DNA of 50,209 nucleotides, taken from NCBI GenBank assembly GCA_964348395.1, contig CAYGCK010000004.1, positions 1,568-51,776 of the forward strand. Direction: 5' to 3'. How positions within the stretch are numbered: the first letter of the stretch is position 1; each line of letters starts with the position of its first letter. Shown in pieces: positions 30,573 to 38,965 of the stretch. Below the pieces are notes generated by a model. It saw only the letters and a list, made by a program, of their open reading frames with translations, was not told the DNA's origin and did not search any database. The position numbers were made by a program, and so were the translations under genes. Origin of the DNA: an uncultured Candidatus Saccharibacteria bacterium (GTDB lineage: Bacteria; Patescibacteriota; WWE3; 9FT-COMBO-53-11).

Positions 30573-31127
30573 ATGAGTGGACACTCACACTGGGCGACAA
30601 TAAAAAGGCAAAAGCAAGCGCAAGATGTGAAGCGCGGGAAAATCTTCTCCAAGCTCTCCAAGGCTATATCGGTCGCGGTGCGTCATGGCGGGGAGAACCC
30701 CGGGACGAATCCGGCTCTTCGAGCTGCGATAGAAAAGGCGCGAAGCTACAATATGCCCAAGGATAATATCGAGCGAGCAATAGGCGCGGCCTCAGAAGCC
30801 CAAGATCTGGTGGAGGGGGTTTACGAAGGGTACGGCCCCTCTGGCGTTGCCTTTATGGTCAAGGTTTTAACCGACAACAAGAATCGAACCCTCGCCGAGA
30901 TCAGGAAAGTGTTTGACAGCCACGGCGGAAGGTTGGGGGAGGCGGGTTCGGCTGCCTATGTATTTACCGACCCGGAAAAACCGACCTTTACCGTTCCTGT
31001 ATCGGATTTAGGCAACGCCAAAAAGCTTCTTGCTCTGGCCACCGCACTGGACGAGCACGACGACGTCCAGGAGGTTTATAGCAACTTCGATATACCCGAT
31101 GAAATTTTGGAAAAGGTGGAAACATGA
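30573..31127 (+). CDS. yebC: YebC/PmpR family protein (shortened, 184 aa)
   Basis: MSGHSHWATIKRQK, MPKDNIERAI, YEGYGP, TDNKNRT, DDVQEVYSN. Confidence 0.92.
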   Translation: MSGHSHWATIKRQKQAQDVKRGKIFSKLSKAISVAVRHGGENPGTNPALRAAIEKARSYNMPKDNIERAIGAASEAQDLVEGVYEGYGPSGVAFMVKVLTDNKNRTLAEIRKVFDSHGGRLGEAGSAAYVFTDPEKPTFTVPVSDLGNAKKLLALATALDEHDDVQEVYSNFDIPDEILEKVET

Positions 31128-31615
31128 TCGTTCTAGGTATAGATCCCGGAATCGCCCAAATGGGGTGGGGGATTGTGAAAAAAGTAAGGGGTAAGAAGTC
31201 AAAAACTGGAGACGGAGTTAAACACGTCAGTCACGGTTCTATAAAAACCTCATCGTCCAAACCCCTCTCCAAGCGCTTACTGGAGATCAAAAGGGGAGTG
31301 GGGGAATTGGTTACCGAGCACGGCGTTGAGGAAATAGCAATAGAGAGAATAATCTTTAACGTAAACAAAGCAAGCGCAATAAGCGTCGCGCAATCCTACG
31401 GGGTAATACTTCTTCTGGCGGGGGAGAAGGGTCTACCGGTTTCTGAGCACAACGCGCTGGAAGCGAAGCATCGTCTAACCGGTGACGGCAGAGCGGATAA
31501 AAAAAGTGTTCAAAAAGAATTAAAGAAACGATTCAAGCTTAAAAAGCATCCAACGCCGGTCCACGCCGCAGACGCTTTGGCTGTTGCCTTGTGCCACATT
31601 GAGAAACTCAAATGA
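31124..31615 (+). CDS. ruvC: Holliday junction resolvase
   Basis: LGIDPG, AIE, TGDGRADK, AADALAVA; follows yebC. Confidence 0.92.
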   Translation: MIVLGIDPGIAQMGWGIVKKVRGKKSKTGDGVKHVSHGSIKTSSSKPLSKRLLEIKRGVGELVTEHGVEEIAIERIIFNVNKASAISVAQSYGVILLLAGEKGLPVSEHNALEAKHRLTGDGRADKKSVQKELKKRFKLKKHPTPVHAADALAVALCHIEKLK

Positions 31616-32391
31616 ATATACGCCAGACCCTCCAAAACAAACGCGTAAGATTTTTTATTGTGGTTGCAATCCTGACGGCGCTTATGGTAGTACTTTCCCT
31701 TCCCTCCTGCAGCGACTTGATATATACACTGTTATTGCCTGCCGCGGCAGTTCTTTTGACTTACTTTGCGCTGGGCCGTCTCGGAGGTATTGAGGTTGTT
31801 ACCCTGTACACACTGCCTGTACTTTTGGCGATAGGGGCATCGCTTAATCAATGGTTTTTTCCAAATTTTAGTTTACTAGTGAAGATCGGAATTTGGGCTT
31901 CATTCTTCTCTCTCTACTACGTTCTTCTCTTGGCACTTAACGTGTTTCATGTCGAGCGTTTACGGGGTGAGAAAATCCCATTGGAGAAAGCAGCCGAACC
32001 CGCTGTTCTTCTCATCTCGTTTTTGGTTGCGGTTCTTCTTATCACAGTGATTTACAAATTCGCGTTGGGCGTTGGGGCTACCGCAACTCTTATTTTTTTG
32101 GTGGGCTTTATCTTGGCGCTCAATGTACTTTGGTTCTTTTCTCCGTCGGATCTTTTTACGAGATCGCATTTCGCGGGTGCGATAGCTGTGGGTTTAGGGG
32201 TACTTCAGATATCTTTAACCTTCTCTTTCTTCCCCTTAAAAGCGCACCTTTTGGGGCTTTCTCAGGGAGTGTTCTTTTACTCCATCTTGGGGGTCGTTCG
32301 AGCGTACTTTGAGAAACATTTGCGCTACAGGGTGCTTTTGGAATATATACTTTTATCTTTGGGCGTTTTCATTTTTGTTCAATTTCTTTAA
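31612..32391 (+). CDS. Multi-pass membrane protein
   Basis: Many hydrophobic segments; ATGA overlap with ruvC. Confidence 0.75.
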   Translation: MNIRQTLQNKRVRFFIVVAILTALMVVLSLPSCSDLIYTLLLPAAAVLLTYFALGRLGGIEVVTLYTLPVLLAIGASLNQWFFPNFSLLVKIGIWASFFSLYYVLLLALNVFHVERLRGEKIPLEKAAEPAVLLISFLVAVLLITVIYKFALGVGATATLIFLVGFILALNVLWFFSPSDLFTRSHFAGAIAVGLGVLQISLTFSFFPLKAHLLGLSQGVFFYSILGVVRAYFEKHLRYRVLLEYILLSLGVFIFVQFL

Positions 32392-32853
32392 TTTAAAAGT
32401 AAGAGGGTTGAGACATACGCGTGTCAGAGTGGGGGAGTAGAGTGCTAAAGCCTATAATATCTGAATAACCTATAATATACTTACGATAGACTAGAGTGAG
32501 AGAGCGCAAATAAATTCGCTCTTATTTTTGCTAATTAAACGGACCGACCAACTCGACAAAATTTTTGGTTTGTGGGTAACTTGGGTGTCCTCTCGCGAGT
32601 TGGTGTGAGGGTGGTTGTTTCATCGTTTGGCTGCTTGACAAGTTAGCGCCTTAGACGACCTGCAAATCATGCTTGCCCGTGTTTTTGTCAAAGTTTGACG
32701 GGGGTTTTGGGCGCGGGGCGGTTGGGTTCAAAATTTGACGCGCGGGTCCCCCGGTTGAAATTTTTTGAAAAATTTGTCTACATTCCGGCCGCCCGAAGAC
32801 GAGTATACGCTGCAAACCGGAGGAAATTGAGTACAATCCCGGAACCCCCAAAA

Positions 32854-32883
32854 TTGACATTTAACAGGGGAGTCCTGTAGACT
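32854..32883 (+). promoter_or_regulatory. Putative promoter of xer gene
   Basis: TTGACA-18 bp-TAGACT. Confidence 0.55.
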
Positions 32884-32891
32884 GGTATTAA

Positions 32892-32919
32892 TGTTCGGGA
32901 AATATATCTTGTGCGAAGT
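32892..32919. other. dif-like Xer recombination site (11-6-11)
   Basis: TGTTCGGGAAA TATATC TTGTGCGAAGT; reverse strand ACTTCGCACAA-GATATA-TTTCCCGAACA resembles known dif arms; ends 37 bp before xer ATG. Confidence 0.65.
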
Positions 32920-32955
32920 ATTGGGTGACGCTGTTTGGTCACTTCCCTACCCAAA

Positions 32956-33876
32956 ATGACCCTTAAAAACGCCATCGGCAAATACCTTGAATATTTAGAG
33001 ATAGAAAAAGGTATAAGTAAAAAGACGCTCGCCAACTACAAAAGATATCTAAATAAATTTTTGGAATTCTCCAAGCTCCACTCCCCCACTGCTATAGATC
33101 AATCGGTCGTTCGGAAATTCCGACTACATCTTTCCAGAAAGACTTCAGAAGGCGGTGAACCCATCAAGCGGAAAACTCAAAACTATTACCTGATAGCCCT
33201 TCGGGGACTTCTCCGATACCTCTCCTTAAAGGAGGGATTGGACGTAATGTCCCCCGACCTTATAGAGCTTGCCAAGGAGGAGGAGAAAAAAGTTAAGGTA
33301 TTGGATTCCGAGAACCTCGAAAAACTCTTGCAAACTCCCGCCACCAAAACTCCCGCGGGTCGGCGTGATAAGGCGATTTTGGAACTCCTTTTTTCCAGCG
33401 GTATGCGGGTTTCGGAGCTAACCTCGCTTAACCGCAAGGATGTGAATCTTAAAACGCGGGAGATTGGAGTTTTAGGCAAAGGCGGGAAGGTCCGCGTTGT
33501 TTTCATTTCTGACCGAGCGGCCGAGGCGCTAAAAGATTATCTCGAAACCCGCGAAGACGAGTGGGAGCCTCTTTTTATACGCTATGGAGGTAAAAAGACC
33601 GATCTTTCCAAGGAAGGTGAGGATCTGCGTCTTACAAATCGTTCGGTGCAACACCTGGTTAAAAAATACGCCGCTTTGGCTGGTTTGGTAGTGGATCCGA
33701 CACCTCACACCCTTCGCCACACTTTTGCGACCGAGCTTCTCCAGGCGGGGGCGGATATCAGGGCGGTCCAGGAGATGCTGGGGCATAAGGATATCTCGAC
33801 AACTCAGATTTATACCCACGTTACCAACCCACGATTGAAGGAGATTCACAGGAAGTACCACAAAGGGAACAAGTAA
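32956..33876 (+). CDS. XerC/XerD-type tyrosine recombinase
   Basis: RDKAILELLFSSGMRVSEL, GKGGK, TPHTLRHTFAT, MLGH..ISTTQIYTH; full R-K-H-R-H-Y set. Confidence 0.95.
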   Translation: MTLKNAIGKYLEYLEIEKGISKKTLANYKRYLNKFLEFSKLHSPTAIDQSVVRKFRLHLSRKTSEGGEPIKRKTQNYYLIALRGLLRYLSLKEGLDVMSPDLIELAKEEEKKVKVLDSENLEKLLQTPATKTPAGRRDKAILELLFSSGMRVSELTSLNRKDVNLKTREIGVLGKGGKVRVVFISDRAAEALKDYLETREDEWEPLFIRYGGKKTDLSKEGEDLRLTNRSVQHLVKKYAALAGLVVDPTPHTLRHTFATELLQAGADIRAVQEMLGHKDISTTQIYTHVTNPRLKEIHRKYHKGNK

Positions 33877-33935
33877 CCGCAAAACTATAAGCCGTCTGCT
33901 AAAATAATCTAAACACTAAAGAAAGGAGGTTGCAG

Positions 33936-34376
33936 ATGGGTATCAGGGATTTCTTTACCTTGGTAAACAGTCTGAGTTTTGCGGCTGTGACCGGTCCGGC
34001 CCTAATCGCATCGGTTGTGGTTTTCTACCTTTACCGCGTGGATAGGATTCCAGGTTTGAGGGCTTTTCACGTCTTTTTGCTGTTGGCGGTTTTTCGGATT
34101 CTTGACGTGTTAACCCTTCTTTGGATTGCCAACGGAGGTTGGGTTGCGGAGGAGACGAACACTATATACCAGCTTCTTGCCGCCTTCGTACCGCATGGGT
34201 GGGCGGTAGGCGTGAGTTGGGTTCTGGTCTCCTTGTTATTGGTCTTTGGGTTTTGGGCTCTTTGGAAAGGTAGAATGCCTGAGCGGGTTGTCTTCGCTTT
34301 GGCGTCCGCTATCACGTCGGCCCAAATCCTAGGGATCTTGCTAAACCTTACCTTCGGGGTGGGAAGCGGCGTTTGA
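33936..34376 (+). CDS. Small membrane protein (orphan, SD-led)
   Basis: 4 hydrophobic segments; LDVLT...EETN; AAGAAAGGAGG SD. Confidence 0.7.
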   Translation: MGIRDFFTLVNSLSFAAVTGPALIASVVVFYLYRVDRIPGLRAFHVFLLLAVFRILDVLTLLWIANGGWVAEETNTIYQLLAAFVPHGWAVGVSWVLVSLLLVFGFWALWKGRMPERVVFALASAITSAQILGILLNLTFGVGSGV

Positions 34377-34428
34377 GGAGCTCTTAGGTGATAATCATCT
34401 GGGAGCTTCTTTTGTTAGTATAAAGGGT

Positions 34429-35847
34429 ATGAAGAAGTTCGATATCGTCGTTTTGGGCGGCGGCTCGGGTTTAAACGTCGCCGCTTTTGCTGCTCGGAAG
34501 GGTTTGGATGTAGCCGTCATCGAGCCCGGACCCATGGGAGGAACCTGTCTAAACCGCGGCTGTATCCCTTCCAAAATGCTGATTGAGGCGGCCGAGGTCG
34601 CCCAGACTATTGCGCGCTCTTCTACTTTTGGGATCGCCTCGGAGATAAAGGACATCAACTTCAAATCTATAATGGAGCGAACCATGGATTTTGTCGACGA
34701 GGAGGCGGCGGGGATAGAGGAAGCTATCAAGAAACACCCCCGCTATACCCTATTTAAACACTTCGCGCGCTTCACCGGTCCCAAGACACTTTCGGTCGGT
34801 AAGGAGGAGATAGAGGGAGAAAAGATCGTCATCGCCGCAGGCAGCCGTCCTTTCATCCCACCTATAAAAGGGTTAGACAAGGTTCCCTATCACACCTCAG
34901 ATACCATCTTTCGTCTTAAAGAACAACCAAAGCACGTAATATTTGTCGGCGGCGGTTATATCTCCTGCGAGATGGCGCATTTTTTTGGAAGTCTGGGGTC
35001 TAAAGTTACGGTTATCAACAGAAGTCCCGGGCTTTTGAGTCGCGAGGATAAAGAGATATCCCAAACGTTTGTCGACTCCTTCTCCCAAAAATATCAACCC
35101 ATCTTAAACGCCACAGTTGTGGAGGTTTCGCCCACCGGAGAAGGAATCGGGGTGAAAGCCGAACAGGACGGCAAGACTAATGCGGTAGAGGGAGACCTCT
35201 TGTTTATAGCCACTGGACGGGTTCCAAATACAGATTCACTGGGCTGCGAAGAGGCAGGTTATGCGCTTAAAAAAGAAACGGGTTGTGCCAGGGTCAACGA
35301 ATACATGGAAACTTCGGTTCCCGGTGTTTGGGCGCTCGGGGATATCGTCGGGATAGCTCCCTTCAAGCACGGTGCAAATTACGAGGCAAAACTCGTTATG
35401 GCAAACGCCTTTGGGGGCAAAAAACAGGCAGCCGACTACTCAGTTATGCCCCACGCCGTCTTTTCCTCGCCTCAGGTTGCGGGTGTAGGTTTGACCGAGG
35501 AGGAGGCCCGCGAGTCGGGTTTGGATTACGTCGTTGGTAGGTACGAGTATATTAAAACTGGTATGGGTAAGGCCTTGGAGGAAAAAGAGGGGTTCGTCAA
35601 AATCATTGCCGATAGAAAGCGCAGAACCATCGTGGGCGCCCATATCTTAGGGGTAGACGCGTCCGTTCTGGTGCACGAGCTTATCGTTGCGATTAAAGCG
35701 GCAGGGGGAAGCGTTGCGGCAATTCGAGATTCAATTCATATACACCCGGCTCTTCCCGAGGTGGTGCAAAGAGCAGTAAATTCTATCTCTTTTGAGGGTA
35801 AAGCTGAAAAGCAGGTCAAGACCTTATCGCAGAGGACGGCGGACTAA
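34429..35847 (+). CDS. Flavin disulfide oxidoreductase (dihydrolipoamide dehydrogenase/mycothione reductase-like)
   Basis: GGGSG, GGTCLNRGCIPSK, GGGYI, ATGRVPN, HIHPALPE. Confidence 0.92.
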   Translation: MKKFDIVVLGGGSGLNVAAFAARKGLDVAVIEPGPMGGTCLNRGCIPSKMLIEAAEVAQTIARSSTFGIASEIKDINFKSIMERTMDFVDEEAAGIEEAIKKHPRYTLFKHFARFTGPKTLSVGKEEIEGEKIVIAAGSRPFIPPIKGLDKVPYHTSDTIFRLKEQPKHVIFVGGGYISCEMAHFFGSLGSKVTVINRSPGLLSREDKEISQTFVDSFSQKYQPILNATVVEVSPTGEGIGVKAEQDGKTNAVEGDLLFIATGRVPNTDSLGCEEAGYALKKETGCARVNEYMETSVPGVWALGDIVGIAPFKHGANYEAKLVMANAFGGKKQAADYSVMPHAVFSSPQVAGVGLTEEEARESGLDYVVGRYEYIKTGMGKALEEKEGFVKIIADRKRRTIVGAHILGVDASVLVHELIVAIKAAGGSVAAIRDSIHIHPALPEVVQRAVNSISFEGKAEKQVKTLSQRTAD

Positions 35848-35852
35848 AGGAT

Positions 35853-36182
35853 TCAGAAACCAAAAACCCGGCTCAAGTCCGGGTATAGTTTTCGAGGCGC
35901 TCTCCTCTCCTCCAGAACCTGTTCTTTAAGGACTATTTCTTCAAAGGCGAAAATCGGGAGCTCGACCTGTCCCCACCGTTGCCCGTCAAATTCAAACGCC
36001 GCGTACGAGCTGGTACTCCCCTCCTCTTCTGGAGCAAGAAGTAGAACAACTTTTGCTCCGGCCTCTCCCTCGAGTTCGATGACCTCCTCGTCCAAAAGTA
36101 CGGCGTCTCGCGCGTCGATGACTACGGCGCCCGAGATTTTGTGATTTTGTAATGCTTTAGGTATCAAAAACTTTAGCTTCAT
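35853..36182 (-). CDS. Hypothetical protein
   Basis: 109-aa ORF filling the gap; no recognisable motif. Confidence 0.55.
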   Translation of the reverse strand: MKLKFLIPKALQNHKISGAVVIDARDAVLLDEEVIELEGEAGAKVVLLLAPEEEGSTSSYAAFEFDGQRWGQVELPIFAFEEIVLKEQVLEERRAPRKLYPDLSRVFGF

Positions 36183-36348
36183 ATCGCTTTTAGGAAACTC
36201 TACGGGGCAGGAGGGTAAATCCGATCACAGTAGCACAATGACGTATGTAAGTCAAGGTTTTTCAGGTTCGTTGTGGCTAGCTACTTGTTCCTCCGACGGT
36301 GCGTCGGAGCACAAGAGTGGGTCGAAAGCTTAATTTTCGCTTCCACTA

Positions 36349-36378
36349 TTGACAAGTAGGTATAGGGGGTACTAGTAT
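36349..36378 (+). promoter_or_regulatory. Promoter with CsoR/RcnR-type operator
   Basis: TTGACA, then AGTA-GGTATAGGGGG-TACT (G-tract flanked by inverted arms), then TAGTAT, 7 nt before csoR GTG. Confidence 0.75.
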
Positions 36379-36385
36379 TGGGTTT

Positions 36386-36649
36386 GTGAAGGCGCCTAAA
36401 GACCGCATTAAACATAGGCTAAAAATTATCAAAGGCCAGATAAGCGGGCTTGAGAAGATGGTCGAGGAAGACCGCTACTGTATCGACATTATTACTCTCT
36501 CCCTCTCCATAGAACGCGCTCTAAAGGAACTCGATCAGCTTGTTTTGGAGCATCACCTTAAAAACTGCGCGGTTGCAGATATGAAAGCGGGAAGGGTAAA
36601 CAAAGTTTCCCAAGAATTGACGGATATATTCTCAATAGCCAGAAAATGA
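36386..36649 (+). CDS. csoR: CsoR family metal-sensing repressor
   Basis: RLKIIKGQISGLEKMVEEDRYC...HHLKNC (C-H-C ligands). Confidence 0.9.
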   Translation: MKAPKDRIKHRLKIIKGQISGLEKMVEEDRYCIDIITLSLSIERALKELDQLVLEHHLKNCAVADMKAGRVNKVSQELTDIFSIARK

Positions 36650-37194
36650 GCGATTGCTGCGGGGATTCTTCTAAAACCAAAGTAAGAAAGGACGGGAGCG
36701 GGAAAACGGGTAGAGTGGTCATTGTCATTTTAGGGGGATTGACGCTTTTGATCTTAGGCCTCGGGGCTTTTTTGATTTCCAAGACGGGCTCCCCTACCCT
36801 CGGCCTCTCCGACAATGCTCAAGCGGACGTTGAGTCGGGGGATTATGATTGGGGGGATATAGGTATCGGCGATGGAGTTGTAGAGCACGAGTTTGTTATA
36901 GAAAACAAAGGTACGTCCCCTCTCAAACTCACCAACGTGAGGACCTCCTGCAGCTGCACGACGGCGCAAATTACCATCAAGGGTACATCGAGCCCGTATT
37001 TTGGAATGCACACCACCTCGAGCTGGATTGGGGAGGTCAACCCCGACGAAGGAGCTACTTTGAGCGTGGTTTTTGATCCCGCATACCACGGTCCGGACGC
37101 TTTAGGTCCTATCGAGCGCTTGGTTGCTGTTGAAACCAACGATTCCACTCAACCGGTTTTGGAGTTTAAGCTTACTGGTAATGTGGTCGAATAA
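36646..37194 (+). CDS. DUF1573-like Ig-fold exported protein with N-terminal CC
   Basis: MSDCCG, TM, YDWGDI, NKGTSPLKL..TSCSCT, FDPAYHGP. Confidence 0.8.
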   Translation: MSDCCGDSSKTKVRKDGSGKTGRVVIVILGGLTLLILGLGAFLISKTGSPTLGLSDNAQADVESGDYDWGDIGIGDGVVEHEFVIENKGTSPLKLTNVRTSCSCTTAQITIKGTSSPYFGMHTTSSWIGEVNPDEGATLSVVFDPAYHGPDALGPIERLVAVETNDSTQPVLEFKLTGNVVE

Positions 37195-38098
37195 GAGGTT
37201 TAAACGTTTTTGGAAAATCTCCGTTCCCCTTTATCTGGTAGTTCTTTTGGTTTTGAACGGTTTTTTGTTGGGTTTGGCTTCGTCTTTAGCGTTTCGTTCC
37301 ATCCCTCAAACTTCAAATCCGGAGGTTTCAAGCGAGCTCCTCGAGGAGCTCAAGAGGAAAGTCCTCCCTTCAGGAGGTTACGAGACCCAACTTACCTGGG
37401 GGGATATTGGCAAGAAGCTGGTCGAGGTTGGAGCTATAGACGAGGAGGGTTTTAAAGAACTTTTCAAATCCCCTGCCGAAGGGTCGCAGGAGCTCGACAT
37501 CTTGAAAGGCAACTCCTCAAAACCTATCTCCATCAACGAGAATAATTCTCATTTTGTCCTGAACGCCCTCTGGGCTTTTGGGTTGACACAAAAGAGTAAA
37601 GTGTTGGACGAAGGACCCATGAAAAATGGCGAGTATGATCTTGGAAACTTTGCCTCGACCGCAGGGTGGACCCTGGGCGTGAAGGACGCTCTCGAACTTT
37701 ATAGTAGCTACAGTTTTGTACAGCTCAACGATTTTCAACAGGACTTGGTCGAAAAAATAGCCGAGGGGGTTTATAGACCTTGCTGCGGAAACCACACCGC
37801 ATTTCCCGACTGCAACCACGGTATGGCCGCGCTGGCTCTTATTGAGTTGGAGGTCGCCGCCGGAATTCCCGAGGAGCAGATCTACAAAGATCTTCTAGCC
37901 TTTAACTCCTTTTGGTTCTCGGATACCTACCTAAAAATGGCTGCGTATTTTGACGAGCAGGGTACGGATTGGGCAGATGTCGATCCCAAGGTCGCTCTAT
38001 CTGCGGATTACTCATCAGCCGAGGGAGCTCAGCGTGTGGCTTCCGAGGTTGCGGGCGTCCCGGGTTTTGAGGGCGGAGGCGGAAGCTGCGGGATTTAG
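37181..38098 (+). CDS. Membrane-anchored exported Cys/His-motif protein
   Basis: N-terminal TM; YRPCCGNHTAFPDCNHGMA; C-terminal GGGGSCGI. Confidence 0.75.
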   Translation: MWSNKRFKRFWKISVPLYLVVLLVLNGFLLGLASSLAFRSIPQTSNPEVSSELLEELKRKVLPSGGYETQLTWGDIGKKLVEVGAIDEEGFKELFKSPAEGSQELDILKGNSSKPISINENNSHFVLNALWAFGLTQKSKVLDEGPMKNGEYDLGNFASTAGWTLGVKDALELYSSYSFVQLNDFQQDLVEKIAEGVYRPCCGNHTAFPDCNHGMAALALIELEVAAGIPEEQIYKDLLAFNSFWFSDTYLKMAAYFDEQGTDWADVDPKVALSADYSSAEGAQRVASEVAGVPGFEGGGGSCGI

Positions 38099-38101
38099 AA
38101 A

Positions 38102-38965
38102 ATGGACGCCATAGTTTATGCCTCTTTAGCCAGTGCTTTCTTTGCCGGGATGATTGCGCTCTTCGCTCCCTGTTGCGTAACCTACCTTCTCCCCTCTTAT
38201 TTGGGTAATGTTTTTCGGGAGCGAAGTAAAGTTTTTTTGGCCACCGCTATATTTTCTCTCGGGATATTTGTGGTAATGTTGCCCGCGGTTCTTGGAGTTG
38301 CCGCTCTTTCCAATTTTATCTTTCGTTACCACGACCAGATATATCTGGTGGGCGGAGCGTTGATGATAATGGTTGGGATTTTGTCTTTTTTGGGGATAAA
38401 GCTCCCTATGCCACGCGTCAAAAGTCCCCAAATGGGAGAAAAGCCAGACGTTATTTCACTTTTTCTTTTGGGTGTCGCCTCTGGCGTGACGAGCGCCTGT
38501 TGCGCACCGGTTTTGGCGGGAGTTTTGACGCTGAGCTTTATTGCACCCTCCTTTTGGATGGCGATATTGGTTGGAGCTTTTTACGTTATGGGAATGGTTT
38601 TCCCCTTATATATCGCCTCGTATTTCCTGGAGCGAAGGCGAGTGTTGAAGGGTGAGATTCTCAAGAGACATCTCGGCGAGGTGCGCGTGTTTGGACGGGA
38701 ATTTGTTATTCTCTCCGGGAACCTTGTCTCCTCCCTTATTTTTATTCTAATGGGTTTTTTGGTCTTGTGGCTTACCCTGACGACCGACTTTTCCATGGCG
38801 GCGGGGGCGAAATTCATTCAAGATACGGTTTTCAAGCTCCAAAACTTCTTTGAAGGGATCCCTTTTGCTAATTTGATATTTGCCTTAACTGCTACAGTGA
38901 TATTTGGGTATTTGTTGGTTACCGGGCTCAAAAAAGATGAAGGAAAAAACTCAAAGCAAGATTAA
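38102..38965 (+). CDS. CcdA/DsbD-beta family transmembrane thiol-disulfide protein
   Basis: FAGMIALFAPCCVTYLLPSY and SACCAPVLAG. Confidence 0.85.
   Translation: MDAIVYASLASAFFAGMIALFAPCCVTYLLPSYLGNVFRERSKVFLATAIFSLGIFVVMLPAVLGVAALSNFIFRYHDQIYLVGGALMIMVGILSFLGIKLPMPRVKSPQMGEKPDVISLFLLGVASGVTSACCAPVLAGVLTLSFIAPSFWMAILVGAFYVMGMVFPLYIASYFLERRRVLKGEILKRHLGEVRVFGREFVILSGNLVSSLIFILMGFLVLWLTLTTDFSMAAGAKFIQDTVFKLQNFFEGIPFANLIFALTATVIFGYLLVTGLKKDEGKNSKQD

Noticed and set aside
32680..32780. Regularly spaced boxes as a CRISPR array
   Set aside because: Repeats are only 11-13 bp, degenerate, three copies, with no cas genes.
32956..33876. Recombinase as a prophage or ICE integrase
   Set aside because: Sequence is Xer-like, neighbours are housekeeping genes, and no phage or conjugation genes are present.
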